A stretch of 64,000 nt of DNA, taken from contig NIVC01001941.1 in the NCBI GenBank assembly GCA_002269645.1, forward strand, positions 1 through 64,000, given 5' to 3'. Below, piece by piece: positions 48,601 to 60,600 of the stretch; the first letter of the stretch is position 1; the number at the start of each line of letters is the position of its first letter. Under the pieces are notes generated by a model. The model had not been told where the DNA came from and searched no databases. It worked only from the letters and a program-made list of their open reading frames with translations. The translations under genes were made by a program, and so were the position numbers. Source of the stretch: Macrostomum lignano. Taxonomy: Eukaryota.

Positions 48601-48655
48601 GGATGGTGGAGCTGAGGATTCTGGAGCAGCTGCAGATGATGGAGCGGCGATGTAG
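44119..48655 (+). CDS. PPP1R36: Protein phosphatase 1 regulatory subunit 36 (multi-exon)
   Basis: YCALILGQGVADTHHMAAG...EMFETLYSFCSYVVWLTFKRR...EMGRIFRSDTFN, KRPAIND, QRSPALASILP and FGILGD...YNPDTL match remembered PPP1R36 motifs. Approximate exons: 44119-44139, 44796-44875, 44976-45226, 45654-45723, ~45806-46171, 46561-46679, 46772-46801, 47323-47409, 47488-47544, 47620-47741, 48474-48655. Confidence 0.85.
45278..45625. repeat. (ACT)n trinucleotide microsatellite (intronic)
   Basis: More than 100 units. Confidence 0.98.
46200..46480. repeat. ~39-bp intronic minisatellite
   Basis: (GATTAGCAATCCATTCTATTCTTTCATTGATGTTGGCTA)n, about 7 copies. Confidence 0.92.
46828..47250. repeat. 29-bp intronic minisatellite (GGGGAAGTGGGAGCGGAGCTGACAGACTG)n
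   Basis: About 14 copies. Confidence 0.95.
47742..48350. repeat. ~29-31-bp intronic minisatellite (GAGTGAGATTTGGAAAGGATTAGCAA)n
   Basis: Begins at the donor site; two related unit types. Confidence 0.93.
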
Positions 48656-48934
48656 AGAGAGAGAGGCTCGACTGACTGCGATCTGGGGCATGCTGTACTG
48701 TACACTCGCATGCGTGTAAATTGCATGTTTGTTATGAGTACTGAATGACACTCATGCAGTACTCTTATTTTATGCGCTGTTTACGGCATCGCCAGATTCT
48801 ATAAATATTTTTCCATGAAAATTTTTGTTTCCTAAAATTACTGCATGAACAGTTCGTTTTTCTGTTTACATTCTTCTGTAATCATCGCTATTTGAGTTTG
48901 AATGAGTTTGATTTTGATTATGAGTTTGATTATG

Positions 48935-49403
48935 AGTTTGAGTGAGTGAGTGAGTGAGTGAGTGAGTGAGTGAGTGAGTGAGTGAGTGAGTGAGTGAGTG
49001 AGTGAGTGAGTGAGTGAGTGAGTGAGTGAGTAAGTGAGTAAGTGATTGAGTGAGTGAGTGGGTGAGTGAGTGAGTGAGTGAGTGAGTGAGTGAGTGAGTG
49101 AGTGAGTGAGTGAGTGAGTGAGTGAGTGAGTGAGTGAGTGAGTGAGTGAGTGATTGATTGAGTGAATGAGGGAGGGAGTGAGTGAGTGAATGAGTGAGTG
49201 AGTGAGTGAGTGAGTGAGTGAGTGAGTGAGTGAGTGAGTGAGTGAGTGAGTGAGTGAGTGAGTGAGTGAGTGATTGATTGAGTGAATGAGGGAGTGAGTG
49301 AGTGAGTGAGTGAGTGAGTGAATGAATGAGTGATTGAGTGAGTGAGTGAATGAGTGAGTGAGCAAGTGGGTGAGTGAGTGGGTGAGTGAATGGGTGAGTG
49401 AGC
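48935..49403. repeat. (GAGT)n microsatellite
   Basis: More than 100 units. Confidence 0.98.
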
Positions 49404-49815
49404 ATATATTTAATGCAAAATATGTTGATACATAGCTACGAATTTCTTAAGTTTCTTAGAAAGCGCTGCTGTGATGATCCAATGGTTAAATATGCGAGCA
49501 GAGTGCTGTGACAAGCAGATTTTATATGTTTCCATTGTTAAAATCGTTTTAAATAAATCAGATATTATAGCGTAACGTTTGCTATTCGACAGCCGCTTCG
49601 GCAAAGCACGGATATGACCTTTCTTGTACTTTTGTACAAAAGTTTTATTTTAGATGCGAAATGCGCGCGAACTGTACATGCTGAAGGAATTCGAGGCAAG
49701 GCATGGTGATGGTGGGAGGAAAATCCCGCTACTGCAATGGGCAAAACACTGATGCAAAAATAGAACCAGCTGGCGGGTGGGGATCTCCCGGGTTCAGTCA
49801 AGGACAAACTCTGGC

Positions 49816-51407
49816 TCAGTCCCTGGGCAGCTCGGTGAACAGAATCCGGTGCTGCTTCGGCTGGTGCACCGCGCCATCCTCGCCGATGAAGATCTCGCTG
49901 AACCTCGGTCGCTCCTTCTCCGGCAGCTCCAGCTGGAAGTTCTGTACCAGGCTGGCCAGGAAGACCAGCATCTCCATGCGGGCGAGGCTCTCGCCCATGC
50001 AGCCCCGCTTGCCGGCGCCGAACACGAGGCCGTCCATGCCCGGGCTGCGGCAGTAGCAGCCCTCGGCGTCCAGGAACCGCGCCGGCCGGAACGTCTCCGG
50101 CTCGGGGAACAGCTCGGCGTTGCGCGACACCGCGTAGGCGTTGGCGCCGACCACCGTGTCGGCCGGGATACGGTAGCCGCCGACGCTGGTCTCTCGGACT
50201 GAGTGGCGCATGTTGAGGGGCACCAGCATGCAGAAGCGCAGCACCTCGTCCCAGAAGGCGCGGGTGTAGTGCAGGCCGGCCTGCTTCTCCAGGATGGTGT
50301 CGCCGAGGTAGAAGAGCTCGGCGCGGACTTTGTCCTGCACGTCCTGGTGCTTGGCCAGTAGCAGGGCGGCCCAGGTGAGCGCCACGGCCGTGGTGTCGGT
50401 GCCGGCCACGAAGAAGTCGGCCACAATGTCGCACAGATCGTCATCAGTGAAGTAGTGCTCCGAGTCGGGGTCCTGGCGCACCTGCTCGCGGAGGAAGGCG
50501 GTGATGAAGTCCTCGGGCTGGTCGGCCTCGTTATTGTTGAAGTCCAGCTTCTCCTTGTGCCAGGCGATCTCGCGCTTGCAGAAGGCCTTGATGAAGGCGT
50601 AGCCCTCGGCGAAGCTGGCGGAGCCCGGCAGGGCCTTCATGACGTCCGGGTGGCCCTCCAGCCAGGGGAACATCATGGGGAAGAACACGAGAGTCAGGCT
50701 GATGTTGGTGACCATGCGGGCGCTGTCCAGCTGCCTGGCGAACTCCGGCTCGCTGTAGTCGAACCGCTTGCCGAACACCAGCTGGTTGATGACGTTGGAC
50801 ACGGCGCAGGACATGGCAGCGCGCGTCTCCACCGGCTCCGAGCATCGCGACCGGAGATCGTCCACCAGGTGAGTTGCCTCACGGAGGATGTTGTCCTGAT
50901 TGGGGAGAGTGGAGTAACAGGGCTTGATTTGGAATGCCTGAATGATTGGATGGGCTGTACCTGAACTCAACCATGATCAGCTGCGTCTCTCACCTGCATC
51001 TGGATCTTGCCGAAGCCCAGGTCTCGCAGGATGCGATGGCTGAACCGGCGGTGCACCTTCCAGCGCTCGTAGTCGGCCATGAAGATTCCTTTGCGGGCGC
51101 CGAAGGTCTTGAGGAATGGCAGGTTGATGTGCTCCTGAAAGTCCTCGTGAGTGAGCACCTGGCGGAACATGGCCGGGTCGCCGACGATCACGAAGGTGGC
51201 CGAGCCGACGCCGAAAGAGTAGACCGGGCCGAACTGGCCGTGCAGCTCCAGGGTGCGGTGCATCGGCAGCTTGCCCGGGTTCGCCAGCGTCCACTTGGTG
51301 GCGGTCGGCAGGTCGCCCAGAATCGCCACTCCGGGTCCCGGGATCTTCTTCTTGAGCTTCTCCGGCTCGTCCGGCCGGCCGAAGATCGAATCCTTGATGA
51401 AGTTCAT
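49816..51407 (-). CDS. Cytochrome P450, CYP2 clan (2 coding exons: 51407-50994, 50895-49816)
   Basis: WKVHRRF (WxxxR), AGTDTT (I-helix), EVLR (ExxR), PETFRPARF and FGAGKRGCMGE (heme). The 98-nt GT-AG phase-0 intron gives MQ|DNILREA. Confidence 0.92.
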
Positions 51408-52059
51408 GCTGGACTGTCTGAGATTGCTTGGCTTGGACTGTAAAGTTTTCTATCGCTGAATGAGCTCCTTGGAGATTTGATGTCGAACGGGACTCCGGCG
51501 AGGCCATTTTTATAGACTTGGCGGTATTTTTCGAACTCTTCGATCTGTTTTGCACCTTAGCAGCTTCGGTTCGATCTAAGAGTTCGGAATTCTGTTGACA
51601 ACGCATTCCGGTGCGTGTTTTGACTGCCAAGGCGCGCAGGAGTGCAGAGAATCCCGACCGGCGAATCAGGAACTGGTTGGATCCATTCCTGCAGCTTTCA
51701 GATGGGGAATCCAGCCTCCGGCAGCTGGGATGCACCGCAGGGTGAACTCCAGTTTGACTTCCAGTAAACATGTTTGTCCGCTTAGACCAGCTGAAGGGTT
51801 CGTTCCGGAAAACTTTAGGGCGCACCGATGCGTTACCTGACGGCCTGTTTTTCGTTCTCTAAGGCCGCACCGGTGCAGTCCGGCAGCCCCAGCGCCTCCC
51901 GCCCGCCCGGAACGGATCGAGGGAGGCAAGAAAACAAAAACAAATTTTTCCGAACCAACAGTTGAAGTTCAATTCCACTTGTTTTTGTTGCCGCAAAAAT
52001 AGGGGTCAATGGCAATTGAAAATGTCCGAAAAAATGTTAACATAATTTTAGCAGTTCCT

Positions 52060-52545
52060 CTAACGCTGCTGGCGCCCCTAAGATGGTGTTCCCAAAAGAG
52101 CGCCCCCAGGTGGCGCACCCAAGACGGCGCTCCCCGAGGTAGCGCCCCCACGACGGCGCCCCTACGACGGCGCCCCTAAGATGGTGTTCCCAAAACGGCG
52201 CCCCTAAGATGGTGTTCCCAAAACGGCGCCCCTAAGATGGTGTTCCCAAAACGGCGCCTCTAAGATGGTGTTCCCAAAACGGCGCCTCTAAGATGGTGTT
52301 CCCAAAACGGCGCCTCTAAGATGGTGGTCCCAAAACGGCGCCTCTAAGATTGTGTTCCCAAAACGGCGCCTCTAAGATGGTGTTCCCAAAACGGCGCCTC
52401 TAAGATGGTGTTCCCAAAACGGCGCCTCTAAGATGGTGGTCCCAAAAAAGCGCCCCCCAGATGGCGCCCTCACGACGGCGCCCCTAAGATCTAAGAGGTG
52501 TTCCCAAAACGGCGCCCCCGCCGAGGTGGCGCCCCACGACGGAAA
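52060..52545. repeat. 28-bp minisatellite (GGCGCCCCTAAGATGGTGTTCCCAAAAC)n
   Basis: About 12 copies plus degenerate flanks. Confidence 0.92.
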
Positions 52546-53984
52546 AAATGAGACTTCAAAAACTTCCTAAGAAACCAATTTTTTCATCCTTATTCTGATA
52601 ACATCGCAGTTTTTTTCTATTGTAGAAACTTCTCATCTCGGCAATGCGTTCCTAGAAAATGCAAGCCTTTTTATAAGGTTTTCTAAGAAAACCAGTCCCA
52701 GTGCGTCAAGAGCACCTTGAAATCTGTACGCATCAGCGCAGATGATATGGCTGCCATAGACAGTCGTTGATTTGAAAATAGCCTAATGATGTGTTCCTTA
52801 TTACCCGACTTTCGATAATCAAGGAACAATCACTTCTAGCTCAACAGCTAGGCAACCCAGTAAGTCAAACGAAGGTATTCAATTACCTTTAATCCGGATT
52901 TGAATTTCTTGAGTAGTTCTCGCTAGGAACTTGTCAGTAGATCTCGTAGATCAGGCGCCTTGATTCTTCAGTTGCTCTGGTCCTGGTTCCTCTTGTACTT
53001 CCGATAAGTTCTTCCGGCCGGTATCTTCCGTCAGGACCAATCAGAGGCCTCGTAGCAACAATGGGTACCCTGCGCCAAACTGCGGTCTAAATTAAGCCTC
53101 CTTCTTCTAGCAGTGCCTCTATGCACTCTAGGTATAGCTCCGGAAACCACTGATAGTCCTCTAAGATCTATCAGGGGCAGTCCTTCTGGAGACTGCAACC
53201 AATGGAGTCTAAACAGACTCAAGAGTCTCAACAGACTCAATTAGACTCAAGTCTCAATAGACTTGAGCGAGACGTCTCTAACACAACGGGCGCAAATAAG
53301 GAAGGCTTACCGCAACAACTCGACCGAGTCTCGATTGACTTGGTAGATCAGGAAGTCCTCCTAAGGCTTCCTCTTCGGAGCGCTCCTCTTCCGTGGGGAG
53401 AATGGCTCCGGTACCGCTTCAGATCGCTTGTATTTATAGACAAGTTTTTGATCCAAAATAGTATCATGACAATTCACGTGTTGCGCTAAAAGGGGAAAAT
53501 GGCTCATGGCGTATTATTCTGGTAACATCTTTTTCTGGTAGCGTGATTCATTCAAAGCTTAGGCGCACATGCGTGTACTTACTTACTTATAGTAGTATTA
53601 TACGATTATCTTCTTTTTTCCTTTTTTAACGGGAGGTAGAACACTCTACACTAAGGTTTAGGTGCTGTTTCTCAGTTACCCTAGACATGCTAAGGGTCGC
53701 TTATGGAACTTCTGTATTTGTTTACAAACAGAATAATGGAAAGAACTTTGGTCTGCTGGCTTCCTTCAGGCGCTACGAGTGTAATCCCACAGCTGAGGCT
53801 ATTTTTAGCTACTGGCTTGCGTCACCAGCGATGGCGCACTTTTGAACAAGGTGAAGGATGAAGATGGACAGAGGTTCAAGGCAGCTGCCGCCACCCACTG
53901 CCTGCCCCTCCCCCCTGCAACAGCCCGGGAAATCACCTGACTGACGAATCTGTGCTGTTCGAGTTAGAATGTTTTCTCGGTTGC

Positions 53985-54020
<36 letters not shown>

Positions 54021-54294
54021 GTCAATCATCAAACTAGCCTACTGACGTCAGAGCTAATTGTTGCCGAGGAGCCAACTTCAAAACAGCTTTGCCTCTGAGA
54101 ATCAGTTTAGGAGAATCTTGCCTGGAGAACATGTCGCTTTCACAAGCTCCAAATTTCGGAGTTTCAGATAGTCGAAAATTCCGGCTAGAATTTCGACCGT
54201 TATTTGAGTCCCATGAAACTTCGAGCTTGGTGAAATTCTGCGTGACGAGGCCAAGCTTAAATGAGGGGGGGAGATCTCTAAGGATGGAATTAAT

Positions 54295-55040
54295 CGGGGA
54301 ATTGCGCTGGGGAAATTTCGGGGAGAATTCTCTGCGGTGGGTATCCTTGAGGGTAATTTTATGCGTAGGGTAATTTTGAGGGACATTCTCTGGGGTGGGG
54401 TATCTTTGAGGGGAATTCTCTGGGGTGGGGTATCTTTGAGGGGAATTCTCTGGGGTGGGGTATCTTTGAGGGGAATTCTCTGGGGTGGGGTAATTTTGAG
54501 GGAACTTCTCTGGGGTGGGGTATCTTTGAGGGGAATTCTCTGGGGTGGGGTATCTTTGAGGGGAATTCTCTGGGGTGGGGTAATTTTGAGGGAACTTCTC
54601 TGGGGTGGGGTATCTTTGAGGGGAATTCTCTGGGGTGGGGTATCTTTGAGGGGAATTCTCTGGGCTGGGGTATCTTTGAGGGGAATTCTCTGGGGTGGGG
54701 TAATTTTGAGGGAATTTCTCTGGGGTGGGGTATCTTTGAGGGGAATTCTCTGGGGTGGGGTATCTTTGAGGGGAATTCTCTGGGGTGGGGTAATTTTGAG
54801 AGAACTTCTCTGGGGTAGGGTATCTTTGATGGGAATTCGCTGGGATGGGTATCCTTGAGGGTAATTCTATGGGTAGGGGTAGGGGTATAAAAAATAAAAA
54901 ATAAAAATTGGTAGGGTAATACTGAGGGGCATTCTCTGACATTGGGGTAATTTTGAGGGGAATTCACTGGGATGGGGATTTTGGGGGGGAATTCTTCGGG
55001 TGGGGTCATTTCAGAGAGAATTCCCTGGGTTGGGGGAATT
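54295..55040. repeat. 30-bp minisatellite (GAGGGGAATTCTCTGGGGTGGGGTATCTTT)n
   Basis: About 17 good copies with degenerate flanks; G-tract rich. Confidence 0.93.
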
Positions 55041-55619
55041 TCCGGTAGAATTCGGTCGACGCATAATTTCTTCATAGTTTCAGACAACTCACAAACAAAA
55101 GTTTTTGAATTTTAAATTTTGGAAGTGAAAATGATTTTTGAAGTTGCAAATATTCAGTTTGTCTACTTCAAGTAGCAATACGCAGGTAATCAGGCAGTGA
55201 CAAGAACTGTGTTTTTGTCAAAATAGGCAGAATCGGCCGCTTCAATCAACCAGCGATTTTATTTATAAAGCTTGATTGAACGGAAACAAAAGCTAGGATT
55301 AACACCAGCAGCCCGATTCAAATATAGCTGGCATATTTGGGAACCAGTCAATCAATTAAAGTCAGTACAATAGGAGTGTACAAAGATATCAAGATATGTT
55401 CATAGGCAATAAATGCAATTTTGCTGTCAAACACAGAAAGAAGAAGCGATTGTGTGCCAGAAGAACAGGTGCCAGACAGTTCAGCATTGAAGCTTATCAA
55501 CGAGAGCAAGCACTATTGTGAAATAGGTGTTTGAATCTAAAACTGACTTGACAAGAAATTTAGTAATATTTTCTGCGGAGCATCAATTGGATTTGGGAAA
55601 GCGTTTCCTTAGAATAGGG

Positions 55620-57478
55620 CCACTAACAGTGTCACAAACAGTGTCACAAACAGTGCCACAAATAGTGCCACAAACAGCGCCACAAACAGTGTCACAAACA
55701 GTGCCACAAATAGTGCCACAAACAGTTCCTCAAACAGTGCCTCAAACAGTGCCACGAACAGTGTCACAAACAGTGCCACAAACAGTGCCACGAACAGTGC
55801 CACAAACAGTGCCACAAACAGTGCCACAAACAGTTCCTCAAACAGTGCCACAAACAGTGCCTCAAACAGTGTCACAAACAGTGCCACAAACAGTTCCTCA
55901 AACAGTGCCACAAACAGTGCCTCAAACAGTGCCACAAACAGTGCCACAAACAGTGCCTCAAACAGTGCCACGAACAGTGTCACAAACAGTGCCACAAACA
56001 GTTCCTCAAACAGTGCCACGAACAGTGTCACAAACAGTGCCTCAAACAGTGCCTCAAACAGTGTCACAAACAGTGCCACAAACAGTTCCTCAAACAGTGC
56101 CACAAACAGTGCCTCAAACAGTGCCACGAACAGTGTCACAAACAGTGTCACAAACAGTGCCACAAACAGTGCCACGAACAGTGTCACAAACAGTGTCACA
56201 AACAGTGCCACAAACAGTGCCACAAACAGTGCCACAAACAGTGCCACAAACAGCGCCACAAACAGTGTCACAAACAGTGCCACAAACAGTACCACAAACA
56301 GTTCCTCAAACAGTGCCACAAACAGTGCCTCAAACAGTGCCACGAACAGTGTCACAAACAGTGCCACAAACAGTTCCTCAAACAGTGCCACAAACAGTGC
56401 CACGAACAGTGTCACAAACAGTGCCACAAACAGTGCCACAAACAGTGCCACGAACAGTGTCACAAACAGTGTCACAAACAGTGCCACAAACAGTGCCACA
56501 AACAGTGCCACAAACAGCGCCACAAACAGTGTCACAAACAGTGCCACAAACAGTACCACAAACAGTTCCTCAAACAGTGCCACAAACAGTGCCTCAAACA
56601 GTGTCACAAACAGTGCCACAAACAGTTCCTCAAACAGTGCCACAAACAGTGCCTCAAACAGTGCCACGAACAGTGTCACAAACAGTGCCACAAACAGTGC
56701 CACAAACAGTGCCACGAACAGTGTCACAAACAGTGTCACAAACAGTGCCACAAACAGTGCCACAAACAGTGCCACAAACAGCGCCACAAACAGTGTCACA
56801 AACAGTGCCACAAACAGTGCCACAAACAGTGCCACAAACAGTGCCACAAACAGCGCCACAAACAGTGTCACAAACAGTGCCACAAACAGTACCACAAACA
56901 GTTCCTCAAACAGTGCCACAAACAGTGCCTCAAACAGTGCCACGAACAGTGTCACAAACAGTGCCACAAACAGTTCCTCAAACAGTGCCACAAACAGTGC
57001 CACGAACAGTGTCACAAACAGTGCCACAAACAGTGCCACAAACAGTGCCACGAACAGTGTCACAAACAGTGTCACAAACAGTGCCACAAACAGTGCCACA
57101 AACAGTGCCACAAACAGCGCCACAAACAGTGTCACAAACAGTGCCACAAACAGTACCACAAACAGTTCCTCAAACAGTGCCACAAACAGTGCCTCAAACA
57201 GTGTCACAAACAGTGCCACAAACAGTTCCTCAAACAGTGCCACAAACAGTGCCTCAAACAGTGCCACGAACAGTGTCACAAACAGTGCCACAAACAGTGC
57301 CACAAACAGTGCCACGAACAGTGTCACAAACAGTGTCACAAACAGTGCCACAAACAGTGCCACAAACAGTGCCACAAACAGCGCCACAAACAGTGTCACA
57401 AACAGTGCCACAAACAGTGCCACAAACAGTGCCACAAACAGTGCCACAAACAGCGCCACAAACAGTGTCACAAACAGC
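55620..57478. repeat. 12-bp satellite (CAAACAGTGCCA)n with a 600-bp higher-order duplication
   Basis: About 155 units; the lines starting at 56281 and 56881 are identical, giving period 600. Confidence 0.97.
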
Positions 57479-57642
57479 ATTCTGTCGGTTTACTTCCCAA
57501 ATCTCACAGCACCTTTAACTGCCATCAGAATCCTCACTCGAGTCCTTTCATCTTCATCTCCCCCTCCGAACAGGAAACACCGCACGTATGAACTGGAGCT
57601 CTAACTGGCTGCTGAGCTCATGCTTAGCCAGACAGGATATCC

Positions 57643-60600
57643 TCAGCCGGCGGAGTACCGACCAGAATTGGGCGTCTTCGGCGCGCTCATGTTGGCGTAC
57701 AGGCTGATGTCCGGCAGCACCAGCCTCTCGCCTCCGTCCTCATCGTCGCAGGCCTCATCGTCGCTGCTTGAGTCGAGACCGACGCCGTTTCTCAAACTAC
57801 TGGAGCCTCTGACTGTCTGCGCGTCCGCCTCGCCTTCCTCCTCCTCCTCTTCTGTGATTGGCTCCGGCCTGGCCCAGTTCTGGCCAATCCCGGCAGCCCT
57901 GGCGTCGGCTAACAAGCGGTCGAGAACTGCGCGATCCAGGGGCGGAACCTGGAATGCAATATGTTGCGGTTTATACTACTAATGTTGACAGTAGACAGAA
58001 TGCGCATCCTAGCACGGATAATTAAAATGCAGGAGTAGAACGGATTGCTAATCTAGCCAATAGCAGAAAACTATTGATACTAATAGAGTAAACAGACTCT
58101 GATAATAATTATTAGATAGTTACTCCCGCTGTTTATTAAAAACAATTGCCAACAGGAAGATCACGGGCGCACCTGAATAGCCAGTTCTCGGCTCGCCTCA
58201 TCGTCTGGCAGCCTGGCGGAGGACAGCGAATCGACGTCACCGCCGGTCTCGCTGGCGGCGCTCGTCGGCCCAGCGGCAGATGCCGTCGACTGCAGGCTGC
58301 GGTGGCTGCCCAGCTGGGAATTCGCGTCCCGGACACTGTGGCTGGCAGCGATAGAGCGGGAGCAGTCGGACAGCAGGGCGGACATGGCCTCGGCCGAGAG
58401 TGGACCCTGGGACGACTGCCGGTGTGAGGGGATGGGGTGTTAATTAAAGTTCATACAGTCCTTAGAGTGTGTTCAACTTGCAGCTACAGTCTGAGATCGA
58501 AGTCCATATGCTAAAACTTTATTTAAATTCTCAAATCCAACATATCAAATCCAACATATCAAATCCAACATATCAAATCCAACATATCAAATCCAGCATA
58601 TCAAATCTAACATATCAAAGCTAACATATCAAATCCAAAATCTCAAATTCGACGTCTCAAATCCAACATCTCAAATCCAACATCTCAAATCCGACATCTC
58701 AAATCCAGCATCTCAAATCCGACATCTCAAATCCAACGTCTCAAATCCAACATCTCAAATCCAACAGCTTAAATCCAACATCTCAAATCCAACATCTCAA
58801 ATCCAACATCTCAAATCCAACATCTCAAATCCGACATCTCAAATCCAACATCTCAAATCCAACATCTCAAATCCAACAGCTCAAATCCAACATCTCAAAT
58901 CCGACATCTCAAATCCAACATCTCAAATCCAACATCTCAAATCCGACATCTCAAATCCAACAAATCCACAAAGCCAGAAATCACCTCATTGCTAATCAAA
59001 GAAAGCCGGCTGTTCAGCTCCTCCAGCCGGTGACTCATCAGTCGCTCCTCTTTGACTTCGGCGAGCGCCTTCTCGCCGAGCCTGTCCAGATCCCAGTCCT
59101 GGCCGGCCGTAGCCCGCTGCAGCGCGGTGGCTCTGTACGCGTCGCTCAGCTCCGACTGTCGCCTTGCCGACGACGGCGACTCCTCCGACCAGGCGGTCAG
59201 CGCCGGCGGCGGCACGGAGCCGAGGCGGGCCAGGCCAGCTTCGATTTCGCGTAGTCGACGCGAATCGGCGTCGGAGACTCGGTAGCCCTCGCCCGGGCTG
59301 AGCTCGGCCAGCTGGTAGCCCGAGCTCGAATCCTGCCGTAGTAGCGGCGGTGGGAGGCGCGAGTGAAATTTTCCGGTGTTGTTTAGTTTTTTACGATGAA
59401 AACACGCCACAGGCGGTGTGCACAGCCAACGAAACCCATGGCAAGTTGATTCAATTCATATAAAGCATAAAGCATGATAAACATGAAATGCAACTTGATA
59501 GACACGCTGATTTAACTCAATAAGCACAATGGCTCGACTCGATAAACACATGATTCGATTTGATAAACAGACGAATCCAATTTATTAACTAACAAATCAA
59601 ATCCATAAACTTACAAGCCAAATCGATAAACACACGAATTAAACCGATAAACAGACGAGCCAAATCGATAAACACACAAATCAATTGATAAACACACACG
59701 CCAAATCGATAAACACACGAATAAAATTCATAAACACACAAGCCAAATCGATAAACACACGAATCAAATCGATAAAAACAAGACTCAAATCGATCAACAA
59801 ACATCAAATTGATAAACACATGAAACAAATCGATAAACACACGAATAAAATCGATAAACATGACATCAAATTCAATAAAGACGCGCAGCATTCTGACACA
59901 TTTGCTTTTCAAACACCAAAAATGAATGAGAAGCACAGCCAATATAAAAAAATGAACAATGGAACTGTCTTACATGGCTTCTGTTGGACTTAATTAAATA
60001 ATTATTTTGTTAAAATGATATTCAACCGTATTTTTGTGCTCCATAGCAATGTTTAAATTAACAGTGTGAACTATTTTTTATTAGAAATTTGTGCCAATTA
60101 AATCTTTACATAATTGCAAACAGCTGTGAAACAATTTTCAGTGACAGCCACTTGTCGGCCTTCATAACTCATGTTAGCAATATGAATGTGTTTCATCTGT
60201 GTAAAATGCGAGAGAGCGCTGTGACAAGCCAAGACCGCTCTCAGCTCCCCAGACACCAAACCAAACAATAAAGAATAAAAAGCCATCAAACTAAATGAAA
60301 AAATACAAAGCAAAATTGGCAACAAACTATTCCAATGCTGAGAACAGTCGATGGTGTTGGTGGTAAGCTGAGCATCTCAGGGTCCAGCTGAAAGCAACAA
60401 CAGGTGAGCGAGTCTGTGTGTCCTCGACGCCCAATATTAGATAGGGGCCTAATTCGAGTTCTAGAAACTAATTCTAGCTACTAATTAGTAGTATTATCAC
60501 TAAATCATTAATTTTTCCTTCATATTCAATACTTGCTATTTTTAAGTAGGCGCAAGACACATGTGTCAATATTTTATCCACTAACTGGTGTTGCTTGGAA

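Noticed and set aside
50961-50993. Alternative 33-nt intron in the P450 gene
   Set aside because: Too short and puts exon 2 out of frame; the acceptor at 50896 restores the frame.
52850-53490. Short ORFs and small internal repeats (agactc/gagtct)
   Set aside because: No recognisable domain or element termini.
55527-57518. 663-aa VPQT-repeat mucin-like ORF and 623-aa antisense ORF
   Set aside because: A 12-bp satellite is open on both strands by construction; no signal peptide or convincing splice context. It cannot be fully excluded without RNA data.
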